A stretch of 47,337 nt of DNA from an uncultured Candidatus Saccharibacteria bacterium (lineage in GTDB: Bacteria > Patescibacteriota > Minisyncoccia > UBA6257 > 02-FULL-45-10c). Made by a program: the position numbers and the translations under genes. The DNA is taken from contig CAYHBW010000004.1 in the NCBI GenBank assembly GCA_964355085.1, positions 1 through 47,337 of the forward strand. The letters run 5' to 3'. The notes beneath the pieces are model-generated. The model was not told the DNA's origin. It saw only the letters and a list, made by a program, of their open reading frames with translations, and ran no database searches. This document shows positions 39,180 to 47,337 of the stretch, one piece after another. Position 1 is the first letter of the stretch, and each line of letters starts with the position of its first letter.

Positions 39180-40511
39180 TTAATATTGCGGCGGCAAAAA
39201 TTTCTTTCGGCGGACAGAGCGGTGATAGCGCAAGACGAAATTGTGCGTATTTTGGATCGCCATGCGGATGATTTTCTGAAAATCTTCCGGAAGCTCTGTA
39301 ATCGGAACCGGCAAGGGTTTCAGGCCGTAGACTTCCTGATTTGGTTTGGCAAATGAAATTATTTTAGGTAATTGGTAATTAGTAATTGGTAACTTAGAAA
39401 GAGCGCGCTTCGCGGCATTAAACTGCGTTATTCCTCCGTCAATAATAAGCAGATCCGGATATGGCCATTCCGGATGGTTAAGCCGGCGGGAAACCATTTC
39501 TTCCATCATGCGCGGATCGTCTTCAATTATTTGTGTGGGCGCATCCGTATTTCTCGGAGCTTCAGCGAAGTGAGCGCTATTCGTATGCTTGAATTTCCGC
39601 CACATGTTTTTATCCGCAGTCCACTCGTTTGATACGTGATACCTGATACCGGATTCCGCGCGTTGCCAGCGCGTCATCGCCCCGACCGCTTCTTTTCCGG
39701 AAAGATGGGAGTTGTCGTAACATTCAATGCTTCGGATAGAATCTAGTATCTGGTAGCTAGAATCTGAAAGAACATTCTTATTCCTACTAGATTCCAGATT
39801 CTTAATTCCAGATTCTAAATAAGGTTTATGCGCCCAGATTTTTTCCAATACCAGAAGTTCATATGGATCTTTCAATGATCGCAGGAATTTCTTGTTTTCT
39901 CCCGTCAGAATATCCTTTATCCTTTTTATATTTTTCTGATATTTCCGGATTTCTTTTATTTGCGGTGTTAGTGTTGAATCCGCGTCATTCGCATTATATT
40001 TACGGCAGCAATACCAGGGACAATTATTTATCTGGGCATCAAGACAGATGCGCAAATGAGGTTTATGGGCGCAGTAGGGAATCGTACGTCTGATGAGCCG
40101 GAGGATTGATTTAAGCGGTGCGCCGTCAGTGAAGGGGCCGATGTATTCCTGGTTTTTATCATGTAATTGATGGGTGATAAAAATTCGCGGAAAAGCTTCC
40201 TTTGAAATGGCCACATAGAAATAATTCTTGTCGTCTTTGAAAAGAACGTTGTATTTCGGCTTCAGTTCTTTTATCAATTTTGATTCCACGATCAGCGCTT
40301 CGATATTTGAGCGCAAAGCAACGGTTTTCAGCGAGGTGGCTTCTTCATGCAAGGACTTAGTTTTGATGTCAGTTATTTTCAGATAGTTCTTCAGGCGGTT
40401 CCGCAGATTGGACGCTTTGCCGACATAAAGAACTTCTTTTTTATGGAAAAAAATATATACGCCGGGTTCTTTAGGGGAATATTTGATTTTCTGGATAATG
40501 TCGGATAGCAT
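39180..40511 (-). CDS. uvrC: excinuclease ABC subunit C, short form (no recognisable UVR or C-terminal HhH domains)
   Basis: 443 aa. GIY-YIG (GVYIFF...VLYVGKASNLRNRLKNY), the IECYDNSH endonuclease domain, DLLIIDGGITQ, and an ending in a ..RYHRSVRRK-type motif. Confidence 0.85.
   Translation of the reverse strand: MLSDIIQKIKYSPKEPGVYIFFHKKEVLYVGKASNLRNRLKNYLKITDIKTKSLHEEATSLKTVALRSNIEALIVESKLIKELKPKYNVLFKDDKNYFYVAISKEAFPRIFITHQLHDKNQEYIGPFTDGAPLKSILRLIRRTIPYCAHKPHLRICLDAQINNCPWYCCRKYNANDADSTLTPQIKEIRKYQKNIKRIKDILTGENKKFLRSLKDPYELLVLEKIWAHKPYLESGIKNLESSRNKNVLSDSSYQILDSIRSIECYDNSHLSGKEAVGAMTRWQRAESGIRYHVSNEWTADKNMWRKFKHTNSAHFAEAPRNTDAPTQIIEDDPRMMEEMVSRRLNHPEWPYPDLLIIDGGITQFNAAKRALSKLPITNYQLPKIISFAKPNQEVYGLKPLPVPITELPEDFQKIIRMAIQNTHNFVLRYHRSVRRKKFLPPQY
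39739..39816. repeat. palindrome and tandem 11-mer inside uvrC
   Basis: GAATCTAGTA (39739-39748) / TACTAGATTC (39785-39794). TTCCAGATTCT occurs twice (39792-39802 and 39806-39816). Confidence 0.65.
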
Positions 40512-40544
40512 TATGTAAGTTATTCATAGATTGGACAGGATGAG

Positions 40545-40826
40545 ATGTCAAGGAAATATTTTTCCGATTTTTCCCTTGAAGTCCGAGCGGGAAATATAAT
40601 CGCGAAGAAATTTAAAAAAGCCGGAGTTGTGCCATTTCCGGAAGTTGATCTGGAGAGAGCTGCTTTTGCTTCCGGAATTCCGGAAAAGAGGATTTTACAT
40701 GCATCGAGAAGGAGGGAGCTTGCTGGCCGTCGAGTCGGCGATAAGCATATGATCAGAGCAGCCGATCTTTGGTACTTCGCCGTTTCTTTAGAAAAAGAAA
40801 AGATTGGAAGGAAAAACCGCCGTTAA
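40545..40826 (+). CDS. hypothetical protein
   Basis: 93 aa ORF, divergent from uvrC. No motif recognised. Confidence 0.4.
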   Translation: MSRKYFSDFSLEVRAGNIIAKKFKKAGVVPFPEVDLERAAFASGIPEKRILHASRRRELAGRRVGDKHMIRAADLWYFAVSLEKEKIGRKNRR

Positions 40827-40841
40827 ATTCGGCGGATTTTT
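40812..40841. terminator. bidirectional terminator
   Basis: CCGCCG-TTAAATT-CGGCGG flanked by A5 and T5. Confidence 0.65.
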
Positions 40842-42390
40842 ATTGCAGCAGCTTCAGCAGGCTCTGACCTGTTATTTCTGCGGGTTTCGGTATGTCCAAT
40901 AATTCCAGAACTGTCGGGGCGATGTCGGAAAGGATCCCGGAAATTTCACCTTCAGCGAGATTTATTTCCGCCTGGTTTTTCGGACGAGTGAATTCATTGC
41001 CGACCAGATAAATCGGAACAGGGGACGGGTCGTGCGTATTTGTATATTCTCCTGTGCGCGGATTCATCATTGATTCGGCATTTCCGTGATCGGCTGTGAT
41101 TATCAGCGCGGCATCATTTTCCAGCGCGGCCCTTACCAGCGCTCCGACGGATTCATCCACTGTTTTCACTGCGATTTTAGTGGCTTCGTAATTGCCGGTG
41201 TGGGCTACCATGTCGCCGTTTGCGAAATTGACCAGGATGAAATCGAAGGATTTTTCCCGGATCGCCTGGGTGACGCGCGCGGTTATTTCCAGCGCCTGCA
41301 TTTTCGGTTTTTCGGCGTGGCTGGAAACTTTTTCAGACGGCACAAGAATGCGGAACTCGTTTTCAAAGGGCTTTTCCCTGTATCCGTTGAAAAAATAAGT
41401 GACGTGGGCGTATTTTTCCGTTTCGGCGATGCGAAGCTGGGTTTTACCGTTTTCCGCAATAATCCGCCCGAGCGGCATTTCCACCGATTCGGACGGGAAA
41501 GCGATCGGCGCCTTGAAAATATCCAGATATTTGGTGAAGGTGGCGATATAGAGATTAGGAAGGGGCTTGGTCGGGAATTCCGAGAATTCAGGATCAATAA
41601 AGGCGCCGGCGATCTGGCGGATTCCGTCTTCCCGGAAATCGAAGAAAATTATCGCATCATTGCTTTCCACGCAGTTTCCCGGATTTATCGTGTGCGGCTC
41701 GATATGCTGATCTGTGAGATTCCTGGAATAAGCTTCCTGTGCGGTTTCTTCCGGAGATTTTCCGATTGGTCCGGTTCCGGTAATCGCTTCATAGGCGAGC
41801 CGGGTGCGCTCCCAGTGATTATCGCGCTCCAGTCCGTAGAATCTTCCGGCGATGCTTCCGATTGTCCATCCGTCGGGAATATCCAGGCGAAGTTTCCCGA
41901 GGATCTCCGTAAATGATTTCGGTCCGCTGTCTTTTCCGTCCGTAAACAGATGAAGATTTATTTTCGACACCCCGTTCTGTTTGGAGAGGTTTATCAGGGC
42001 GATCAGGTGTTCGTAAGAGGCATGGATGTTTCCCTGCGTGAGAAGTCCGATAAGATTCAGCGCGCTGCTGTTATTTTTTACGTGCGCAAAAGCATCCAGC
42101 AGAGCCTGATTTTTTGAGAAACTTCCGTCCCGGATTGCCAAAGTGATGCGGGGATAGTGCTGATAGAGGATTTTCCCGGCGCCGATGGTCAGGTGGCCGA
42201 CTTCGCTGTTGCCTTCTTCATTCCAGGGGAGGCCGATGGAAATGCTGGAGGCCTGAAGCGAGCCCATCAGAAAATTTTCCTTTATGTAATCCAGATTCGG
42301 AGTTCCCTGGATATGAATGGGGTTCGTGTCGTTCTTCGCGCCGACGCCCCAGCCATCCAAAATTGCTAGAATTACTTGACGCTTGGTCAT
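40840..42390 (-). CDS. gpmI: 2,3-bisphosphoglycerate-independent phosphoglycerate mutase
   Basis: 516 aa. VILAILDGWG, NSEVGHLTIGAG, ITADHGNAE. Confidence 0.93.
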   Translation of the reverse strand: MTKRQVILAILDGWGVGAKNDTNPIHIQGTPNLDYIKENFLMGSLQASSISIGLPWNEEGNSEVGHLTIGAGKILYQHYPRITLAIRDGSFSKNQALLDAFAHVKNNSSALNLIGLLTQGNIHASYEHLIALINLSKQNGVSKINLHLFTDGKDSGPKSFTEILGKLRLDIPDGWTIGSIAGRFYGLERDNHWERTRLAYEAITGTGPIGKSPEETAQEAYSRNLTDQHIEPHTINPGNCVESNDAIIFFDFREDGIRQIAGAFIDPEFSEFPTKPLPNLYIATFTKYLDIFKAPIAFPSESVEMPLGRIIAENGKTQLRIAETEKYAHVTYFFNGYREKPFENEFRILVPSEKVSSHAEKPKMQALEITARVTQAIREKSFDFILVNFANGDMVAHTGNYEATKIAVKTVDESVGALVRAALENDAALIITADHGNAESMMNPRTGEYTNTHDPSPVPIYLVGNEFTRPKNQAEINLAEGEISGILSDIAPTVLELLDIPKPAEITGQSLLKLLQ

Positions 42391-42515
42391 ACAATAAAGT
42401 ATAATATAGAAATTAGTTTAGTAATAATATCAAATAATTAATCAGTTACTGAAAATATAAGAGGGGCGACCCTCTTGTGTCCTAAACATGAATCGTTTAA
42501 GTAACAAACAAATAT

Positions 42516-44036
42516 ATGCTGACAAATCCATTTGTGTGGGTAGCTTTGATTTTAGGTATCGCAGCGGGGTATTTTCTCCGACAGTCGATAGTATCTAAGC
42601 AGGCGGACTCGGTAGAACAAAAAATAAAAATCTGGATGGACGAAGCGCAATCCAAGTCAAAGGAGGTGATTTTGGATGCGAAAGAGCGAGCTGCGAAATT
42701 ATTGGAGGAGGTCAAGGGAGAAGAGAGGACCCGGAAGGTCCAATTGGACAAGCTGGAAGAGAGGATAATGAAAAAAGAGGAGACTCTGGAAAAGCAGTAT
42801 GCCGACATGACTTCCCAGAAAATGAATCTCGAGGAAGAAGCAAAGCGGGTCAATACGACTCGCGCGGAAATGGACGCGTTGAAGTCGAAGATTCTCGGAG
42901 AGTTGGAAAAAGTCGCGAATCTCTCGGTTGATGACGCGAAAAAGCAGGTTTTGAAAAAAGTGACCGAAGAGCACCGCGTAGAATTGGCGGTGGCTTTGAA
43001 TAAATTGGAAACCGAGCGTCGGGAGGAAATCGAGAAAAAGAGCATGGGTATCATAACCACAGCCATCCAGCGTTATGCCCGTTCCCATGTTTCTGATGTC
43101 ACCACTAGCTCATTCCAGCTTCCGAGCGAGGATATGAAAGGGAAGATCATCGGCCGCGAAGGACGCAACATTAAGACGCTTGAAAGAATGACCGGAGTAG
43201 AAATCATCGTTGACGAAACTCCGGACACGATAATTTTCTCTTCTTATGATCCGCTCCGCCGGGAAGTGGCGCGCATGACCATGGAAAAGTTGCTTAAGGA
43301 CGGACGCATCCAACCGGCGAAGATCGAAGAAAAAGTCGCCGAATCCCAGGGTGAACTCAACCGCAGAATGGTGGAAATCGGCGAGAACGCCGCGCTTGAA
43401 GTCGGCGTTGTCGGCCTGCCTAAGGAAATCATCCAGCTCTTGGGCAGATTGTATTTCCGCACTAGCTTTGGACAGAATGTGCTCGTGCATTCGATTGAAA
43501 TGGCGCATATTTCCGCGATGATCGCCGCCGAACTTGGTGTGAATATCGAAGTCGCCAAGAAAGGCGCGCTTTTACACGATATCGGAAAAGCGATCGACCA
43601 TGAAGTTCAGGGAACGCACGTCGAGCTCGGACGGAAAATCCTGCAGAAATACGGAATTGATGAGGAAGTCGTCAAGGCCATGCAATCGCACCATGATGAA
43701 TATCCATATTCCAATCCGGAATCCTATATCGTCACGACTGCGGATATTTTGTCCGCCGCCCGTCCGGGAGCCCGTAGGGGAACAGTTGAAAACTACATCA
43801 AGCGCTTGGAAGATTTGGAAAAGATTGCCACAAGCTTTGATGGCGTGAAGAGCGCGTATGCTTTGTCCGCAGGCCGTGAAATCCGCGTGTTCGTCATTCC
43901 GGAGAAAGTTGACGACTTCGGCGCTTTGCAGATGGCTCGTAACATTGCCAATAAGATTCAGACTGATATGAAATATCCGGGTGAAATAAAAGTGAATGTC
44001 ATCAGGGAGATGCGCGCAGTGGAAGTTGCTCGCTAA
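42516..44036 (+). CDS. rny: ribonuclease Y
   Basis: 506 aa. N-terminal TM helix, coiled coil, KH domain (GKIIGREGRNIK), HD domain (LLHDIGK). Confidence 0.93.
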   Translation: MLTNPFVWVALILGIAAGYFLRQSIVSKQADSVEQKIKIWMDEAQSKSKEVILDAKERAAKLLEEVKGEERTRKVQLDKLEERIMKKEETLEKQYADMTSQKMNLEEEAKRVNTTRAEMDALKSKILGELEKVANLSVDDAKKQVLKKVTEEHRVELAVALNKLETERREEIEKKSMGIITTAIQRYARSHVSDVTTSSFQLPSEDMKGKIIGREGRNIKTLERMTGVEIIVDETPDTIIFSSYDPLRREVARMTMEKLLKDGRIQPAKIEEKVAESQGELNRRMVEIGENAALEVGVVGLPKEIIQLLGRLYFRTSFGQNVLVHSIEMAHISAMIAAELGVNIEVAKKGALLHDIGKAIDHEVQGTHVELGRKILQKYGIDEEVVKAMQSHHDEYPYSNPESYIVTTADILSAARPGARRGTVENYIKRLEDLEKIATSFDGVKSAYALSAGREIRVFVIPEKVDDFGALQMARNIANKIQTDMKYPGEIKVNVIREMRAVEVAR

Positions 44037-44048
44037 TTTTTTCTGATC

Positions 44049-44114
44049 AAGCCGGTTGCTTCCGCGAGAGACGCCCAGTTACGCAGTTTCCCCGCAAAGC
44101 GAGCCGGCTTTTTA
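44049..44114 (+). terminator. long-stem terminator after rny
   Basis: AAGCCGGTTGCTT (44049-44061) pairs with AAGCGAGCCGGCTT (44097-44110), followed by TTTT. Confidence 0.5.
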
Positions 44115-44226
44115 TAGTTTGATAAAAATTAACTTTGCTTAACGGGTTACAGTATATTTTTTATTTGATTTTTAGTTTTCATTGTCTTATCATTAAAGAG
44201 GTTTTTTGATAACTGGGTGGCAGAAA

Positions 44227-44508
44227 ATGGCGCTGGATGATGAGTTGAAGAAGGTTAAGGAAAGTTCGCGTCATCACCCGCTTTTGACTAGAGAGAGTCT
44301 CGAAGAGGCCAAGGCATTCTACAGAGAGAAGATTGGCGCTGATGCGTATAAGCAATTAGAAAAAGATACGGATCTCTCTGATCCGAACAGCTCAATCAGC
44401 CAGTGGTTTAATTTTTTGGATGATTTGAAAAAAAAGAATATCGAGCTTTGTGAAGCTTGCCTGATCAAGCTTTCCAGAAAATTTCTTGATAAATCAGTAA
44501 GTTCATAA
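44227..44508 (+). CDS. hypothetical protein
   Basis: 93 aa from ATG 44227 (track start TTG 44206). Terminator CTCCG...CGGAG plus a T-tract at 44517-44546. Confidence 0.45.
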   Translation: MALDDELKKVKESSRHHPLLTRESLEEAKAFYREKIGADAYKQLEKDTDLSDPNSSISQWFNFLDDLKKKNIELCEACLIKLSRKFLDKSVSS

Positions 44509-44678
44509 ATTTCATACTCCGGCACAAGTCGGAGATTTTGTTTTTTAAATGCAGATTTTGTATAATTGATATTACATTATAAATAACGGTCGAAAATAAA
44601 ATAAATAGTATTTAGAATTTAGTAGTTAGTATCTGAAATCGGAAACTAACACCTAAAAACTAAAACCTAAATAAATTT

Positions 44679-44954
44679 ATGACAAAAGAAGGACTCATAC
44701 AGGCGGTGATGAAGGCGACAAAGATGGAAACTAAGAAAGCCGCTCAAGCGGCGACTGAAGCTGTTTTTGAAGTTATCACCAAGACTCTTGCTCGTGGCGA
44801 AGAAGTTGCGGTCACCGGTTTCGGAACTTTCCGCGCCGTCAAAGTCGCCGCCCGCCAAGGTGTCAATCCGAAGACGGGGGAGAAGATCCAGATCGCAGCG
44901 GCCATCCGTCCCAAGTTCAAGGCAGGAAAGGCGCTTAAGGATGCAGTGGCGTAG
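44679..44954 (+). CDS. hup: HU family DNA-binding protein
   Basis: 91 aa. GFGTFRAVKVAARQGVNPKTGEKIQI arm motif. Confidence 0.93.
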   Translation: MTKEGLIQAVMKATKMETKKAAQAATEAVFEVITKTLARGEEVAVTGFGTFRAVKVAARQGVNPKTGEKIQIAAAIRPKFKAGKALKDAVA

Positions 44955-45005
44955 GATTAGTAGCTAGTAGTTAGAAGTTAGTATTTAGTAACTAGTAACA
45001 AAAAA

Positions 45006-45032
45006 ACAGCCCTGTATTGCTGGGCTGTTTTT
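45006..45032 (+). terminator. rho-independent terminator after hup
   Basis: ACAGCCC / GGGCTGT stem followed by TTTT. Confidence 0.7.
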
Positions 45033-45065
45033 ATTATTCGCATATCATCTGCTTATATCCGCGGA

Positions 45066-45911
45066 TCAATTCGCGTAATCGATTATTTCTCCAAGCTCAA
45101 GGAATTTCCCATAGGCGTTCCGGATGTGCTGCATGGCTTTTTCCGTGAATGCTTTTGAGTCGGCTATATCCCGGGCGATTTCTTTTTCCGCGGCCTTGAT
45201 TCCTTTTGCCGGGTTGAGGGCGTTGTTCAGGGCGATCATTATCAGATTTCTCGCCTGCGTATTCAATTCTTCCGCTTCTTTGATTTCTGATTCAGCTTTT
45301 TTGAATATGATTTCCGCGTCCTCATTTTTTTCGGTCAAGGCGTCCTGATGTTCGGAAAGGTCGGTTCTGACATTCGCCAGTCGTTCTTCGGCGACCGAGA
45401 GGATGTTTTTTCCCTGGAATACGAAAGTGAAGGCAACCACTTTTTCAGTTTTCGGATTGTAGACCAATGTGCGCCAATCTTTGAAATCTGAAGCCAGTTT
45501 TTTGATATCCTCAAGTCTGTCGGTATTTTCAAGGCGCGATTGGATCTCCTTAAGGCCGTTGTTATTTTCCTTCACGAATTCCGTAAGCGTGATCCGCATT
45601 TTTTTCTGCTGGTCATTGAGATCCTTCAAACCGGAAAGACGATTAAGAAGATCGGCCTGCTCCAGCTTCGTCAGATCGAATATCTTTTCCACCGCCTCTC
45701 TTCTGGTCCTGATTTCCTGGCCAGTCTTATCTTCCGGAGAAACCTCCGGTTTTCTGAAGGTCAGGAAAGTGCTGATCTTGCCGGCGATTCCCCGGAGGGA
45801 GGACTGGAAGGATTCCTGCGCATAGCTTTGCGAGGCGGGTAAAAAAAGACCCGCTACGATAAGGGCCGGAATGACCGACTTATTCAGATTTATCTTAGAG
45901 ATTATAATCAT
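45066..45911 (-). CDS. secreted or anchored coiled-coil protein (hypothetical), last gene of the ECF sigma cluster
   Basis: 281 aa. N-terminal hydrophobic signal or anchor, Glu/Lys-rich helical remainder. Overlaps the upstream ORF by 17 nt. Confidence 0.55.
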   Translation of the reverse strand: MIIISKINLNKSVIPALIVAGLFLPASQSYAQESFQSSLRGIAGKISTFLTFRKPEVSPEDKTGQEIRTRREAVEKIFDLTKLEQADLLNRLSGLKDLNDQQKKMRITLTEFVKENNNGLKEIQSRLENTDRLEDIKKLASDFKDWRTLVYNPKTEKVVAFTFVFQGKNILSVAEERLANVRTDLSEHQDALTEKNEDAEIIFKKAESEIKEAEELNTQARNLIMIALNNALNPAKGIKAAEKEIARDIADSKAFTEKAMQHIRNAYGKFLELGEIIDYAN

Positions 45912-46323
45912 TTAACAGCGCGCGTAAATTTTCGTCCGTGGAATTTTCGAAGATATCTCCGGAGGTTTCATTCAACGCCACCTCCACTTTCTTGGCTGAT
46001 GCTTCATAGTATTTCACCTGGGCGATTTGGATCTGGATATCCATCCCTTCAATCTCATTTTTGAGACTGTTGGCATCAAGGGCGGAAAGGACTTTAGGAG
46101 AGACGAACTTCTGGTTGAAGAGCGACAAGCCGCCGACCATCATGAAAATCATGAGCGCGGAAAGGCCGAAAGCGAAACTGGACCGCATGATTTCCGGGAA
46201 AAGATCGGCCAAGGCGAACGGCTTCGGCTGATTCTGCTGGGAACTCAAAATAAGCATCTTGGATCGTGCCTGAAATTCAGCGCTTGGCCGTATATTTTTA
46301 AGCTTCGTGAATGTCTGTTCCAT
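45895..46323 (-). CDS. single-pass membrane protein, candidate anti-sigma factor
   Basis: 142 aa with a central TM helix. The start overlaps the sigma factor gene by 26 nt. Confidence 0.5.
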   Translation of the reverse strand: MEQTFTKLKNIRPSAEFQARSKMLILSSQQNQPKPFALADLFPEIMRSSFAFGLSALMIFMMVGGLSLFNQKFVSPKVLSALDANSLKNEIEGMDIQIQIAQVKYYEASAKKVEVALNETSGDIFENSTDENLRALLNDYNL

Positions 46324-46861
46324 TGTTTTGATTGTATATGTCCTTGAGATCTTTCAGCGCCCTGTGTTGCATCAACCGGATGGCGCCTTCGCTCTTGTTC
46401 AGGGCGGCGGCGATTTCCGAGTTTTCCATTTCTTCAATGAACCGCATGATTATCAGGTCCTGATAGTCCGGGCGGATCCTGGAAAGGCACTTCCTCACCA
46501 TTTCCATTTCCAGAGTCGTATCTAATTCCTTTTGGGACGACTGGACGAGCTGGATGGAATTTTCATCCACTAGTTCTATTTGGACATTGTTTTTGGAAGT
46601 CCGGTAGAAATCTATGACCGCGTTTCTTGCAATCTGGTAAAGCCAGCTGGAAAAGGGGAATCCTCTGTGTTTGTAGCCGGGCATATTCTTCCAGGCGCTA
46701 AGGAAAACTTCATGGCATAAGTCTTCGGCCTCGGCTTTCCGGCTTACCTTGAAAAGTATGAACCGGTAAATCTGGGGAAGATAATGGTCATAAAGAGCGC
46801 CAAAGGCGGCCTTATCGCCCCTCTTAGCTTCTTTGATATATTGTTTTTCAGCTTCTAACAT
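46298..46861 (-). CDS. RNA polymerase sigma factor, ECF (sigma-70 group 4)
   Basis: 187 aa. Region 2 (YDHYLPQIYRFILFKV...AEDLCHEVFLSAW) and region 4 (MENSEIAAALNKSEGAIRLMQHRALKDL). Confidence 0.88.
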   Translation of the reverse strand: MLEAEKQYIKEAKRGDKAAFGALYDHYLPQIYRFILFKVSRKAEAEDLCHEVFLSAWKNMPGYKHRGFPFSSWLYQIARNAVIDFYRTSKNNVQIELVDENSIQLVQSSQKELDTTLEMEMVRKCLSRIRPDYQDLIIMRFIEEMENSEIAAALNKSEGAIRLMQHRALKDLKDIYNQNNGTDIHEA

Positions 46862-47008
46862 AGATAACGAATGAAGGGGGGTTCGGTTACGAGCCGTTTT
46901 TCAGCCCCACACTATCATTATATACCCCTTAAAAATTAAAAAGTCCTACTCTGGGAGTGGGACGACATGAAATTATTATCAGATATTTTTAATTAGGATT
47001 CAAGTTTG

Positions 47009-47079
47009 TCGGAGTGCTGGGAATCGAACCCAGGCTTCCTGCTCCCAAAGCAGGTATACTACCATTATACTACACTCCG
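47009..47079 (-). tRNA. tRNA-Pro (anticodon TGG)
   Basis: Acceptor CGGAGTG/CACTCCG, anticodon stem CCTGC/GCAGG with loop TTTGGGA, T-arm CTGGG-TTCGATT-CCCAG. Confidence 0.88.
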
Positions 47080-47197
47080 AAATCGGTTCTTCCATATACT
47101 AACCGCTTTCCCGGGAAAATAAAAGGTTTACTTTCAATCCGATCGGTGAAGATTGCGGGTGGCGGATTTTCCTGTTATATATTAATTAAAGTCTATT

Positions 47198-47269
47198 GCC
47201 CTCGTAGCTTAATGGATAAAGCAGGACTCTTCTAAGGTCTTGATGGGGGTTCGATTCCCTCCGAGGGCA
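47198..47269 (+). tRNA. tRNA-Arg (anticodon TCT)
   Basis: Acceptor GCCCTCG/CGAGGGC, anticodon loop CTTCTAA, T-arm GGGGG-TTCGATT-CCCTC. Confidence 0.88.
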
Positions 47270-47337
47270 CATTACCGTGTTCTACGTATAAAGTTCAATA
47301 GCTTGGAATAGATTTAATGATATCCATCGGGGTTTTC

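Noticed and set aside
39756-39767. The shared word GCTAGAATCT between the uvrC internal repeat, the tmRNA-smpB spacer (24221-24262) and the ileS/rpmI leader, as evidence for one repeat family.
   Set aside because: A 10-mer match is expected by chance. My rough estimate is on the order of a thousand or more random 10-mer matches for all position pairs on both strands of a 47-kb window. The word is too short to link these loci.
44606-45000. TAG/TTAG-rich low-complexity spacers flanking hup (shared TAGTAGTTAG and AGTATTTAG words). Similar ACTAA-rich leaders occur before ruvA (2741-2768), trpS (33672-33748) and hup.
   Set aside because: The pattern is real: there are stop codons in all three frames after hup, and A/C-rich SD-less leaders on the sense strand. 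However, the shared words are 9-10 nt of low-complexity sequence, so I cannot distinguish a repeat family from compositional bias without genome-wide statistics.
1-47337. CRISPR arrays, rRNA genes, transposases or integrases, and recognisable multi-gene defence systems.
   Set aside because: No regularly spaced direct repeats, no rRNA-like sequence, and no transposase, integrase, Cas or restriction motifs were seen in any credible ORF.

Overview
This is a gene-dense, low-GC bacterial chromosome segment. It holds about 45 credible CDS, 4 tRNAs (Arg-CCG, Leu-CAG, Pro-UGG, Arg-UCU) and a tmRNA next to smpB. There are no rRNA genes, CRISPR arrays, transposases or integrases. The gene set is housekeeping: uvrB, ruvA, a Mur ligase, infC-rpmI-rplT, argS, ileS, trpS, RNase J, RNase Y, a beta-CASP RNase, gpmI, secG, hup, PolX, EndoQ and an ECF sigma cluster. 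UvrB and UvrC are shortened, a ClpC-like ATPase is membrane-anchored, and there are many small membrane and lipoprotein ORFs. By inference only, this pattern suggests a Candidate Phyla Radiation / Patescibacteria-type genome.

I saw no obvious multi-gene defence or mobile system. The unusual signals are at nucleotide and domain level, and they cluster around translation genes:
1. A ~145-nt structured 5' leader occurs in two copies, in sense orientation, each ending exactly at a start codon (ileS and rpmI-rplT). Each copy has its own TTGnAA-17-TAATAT promoter, and an inner helix differs between the copies by compensatory changes.
2. ileS carries a complete histidine-phosphatase (PGAM-like, RHG...HG) domain of about 205 aa inserted in its catalytic core.
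3. A 41-nt double-hairpin element is inserted in frame in both argS and ileS but is read in different frames. It is 36/41 identical, and the differences are loop changes or a compensatory stem pair. This is reminiscent of Rickettsia palindromic elements.

Secondary observations:
- tRNA 3' fragments and a duplicated promoter/leader module lie next to tRNA-Arg.
- A 19-bp inverted repeat and a partial 5' duplication surround tRNA-Leu.
- Two GC-rich orphan ORF islands are present.
- Palindromic and tandem repeats sit inside uvrC.

All protein family calls come from motif recognition by eye and need HMM confirmation.
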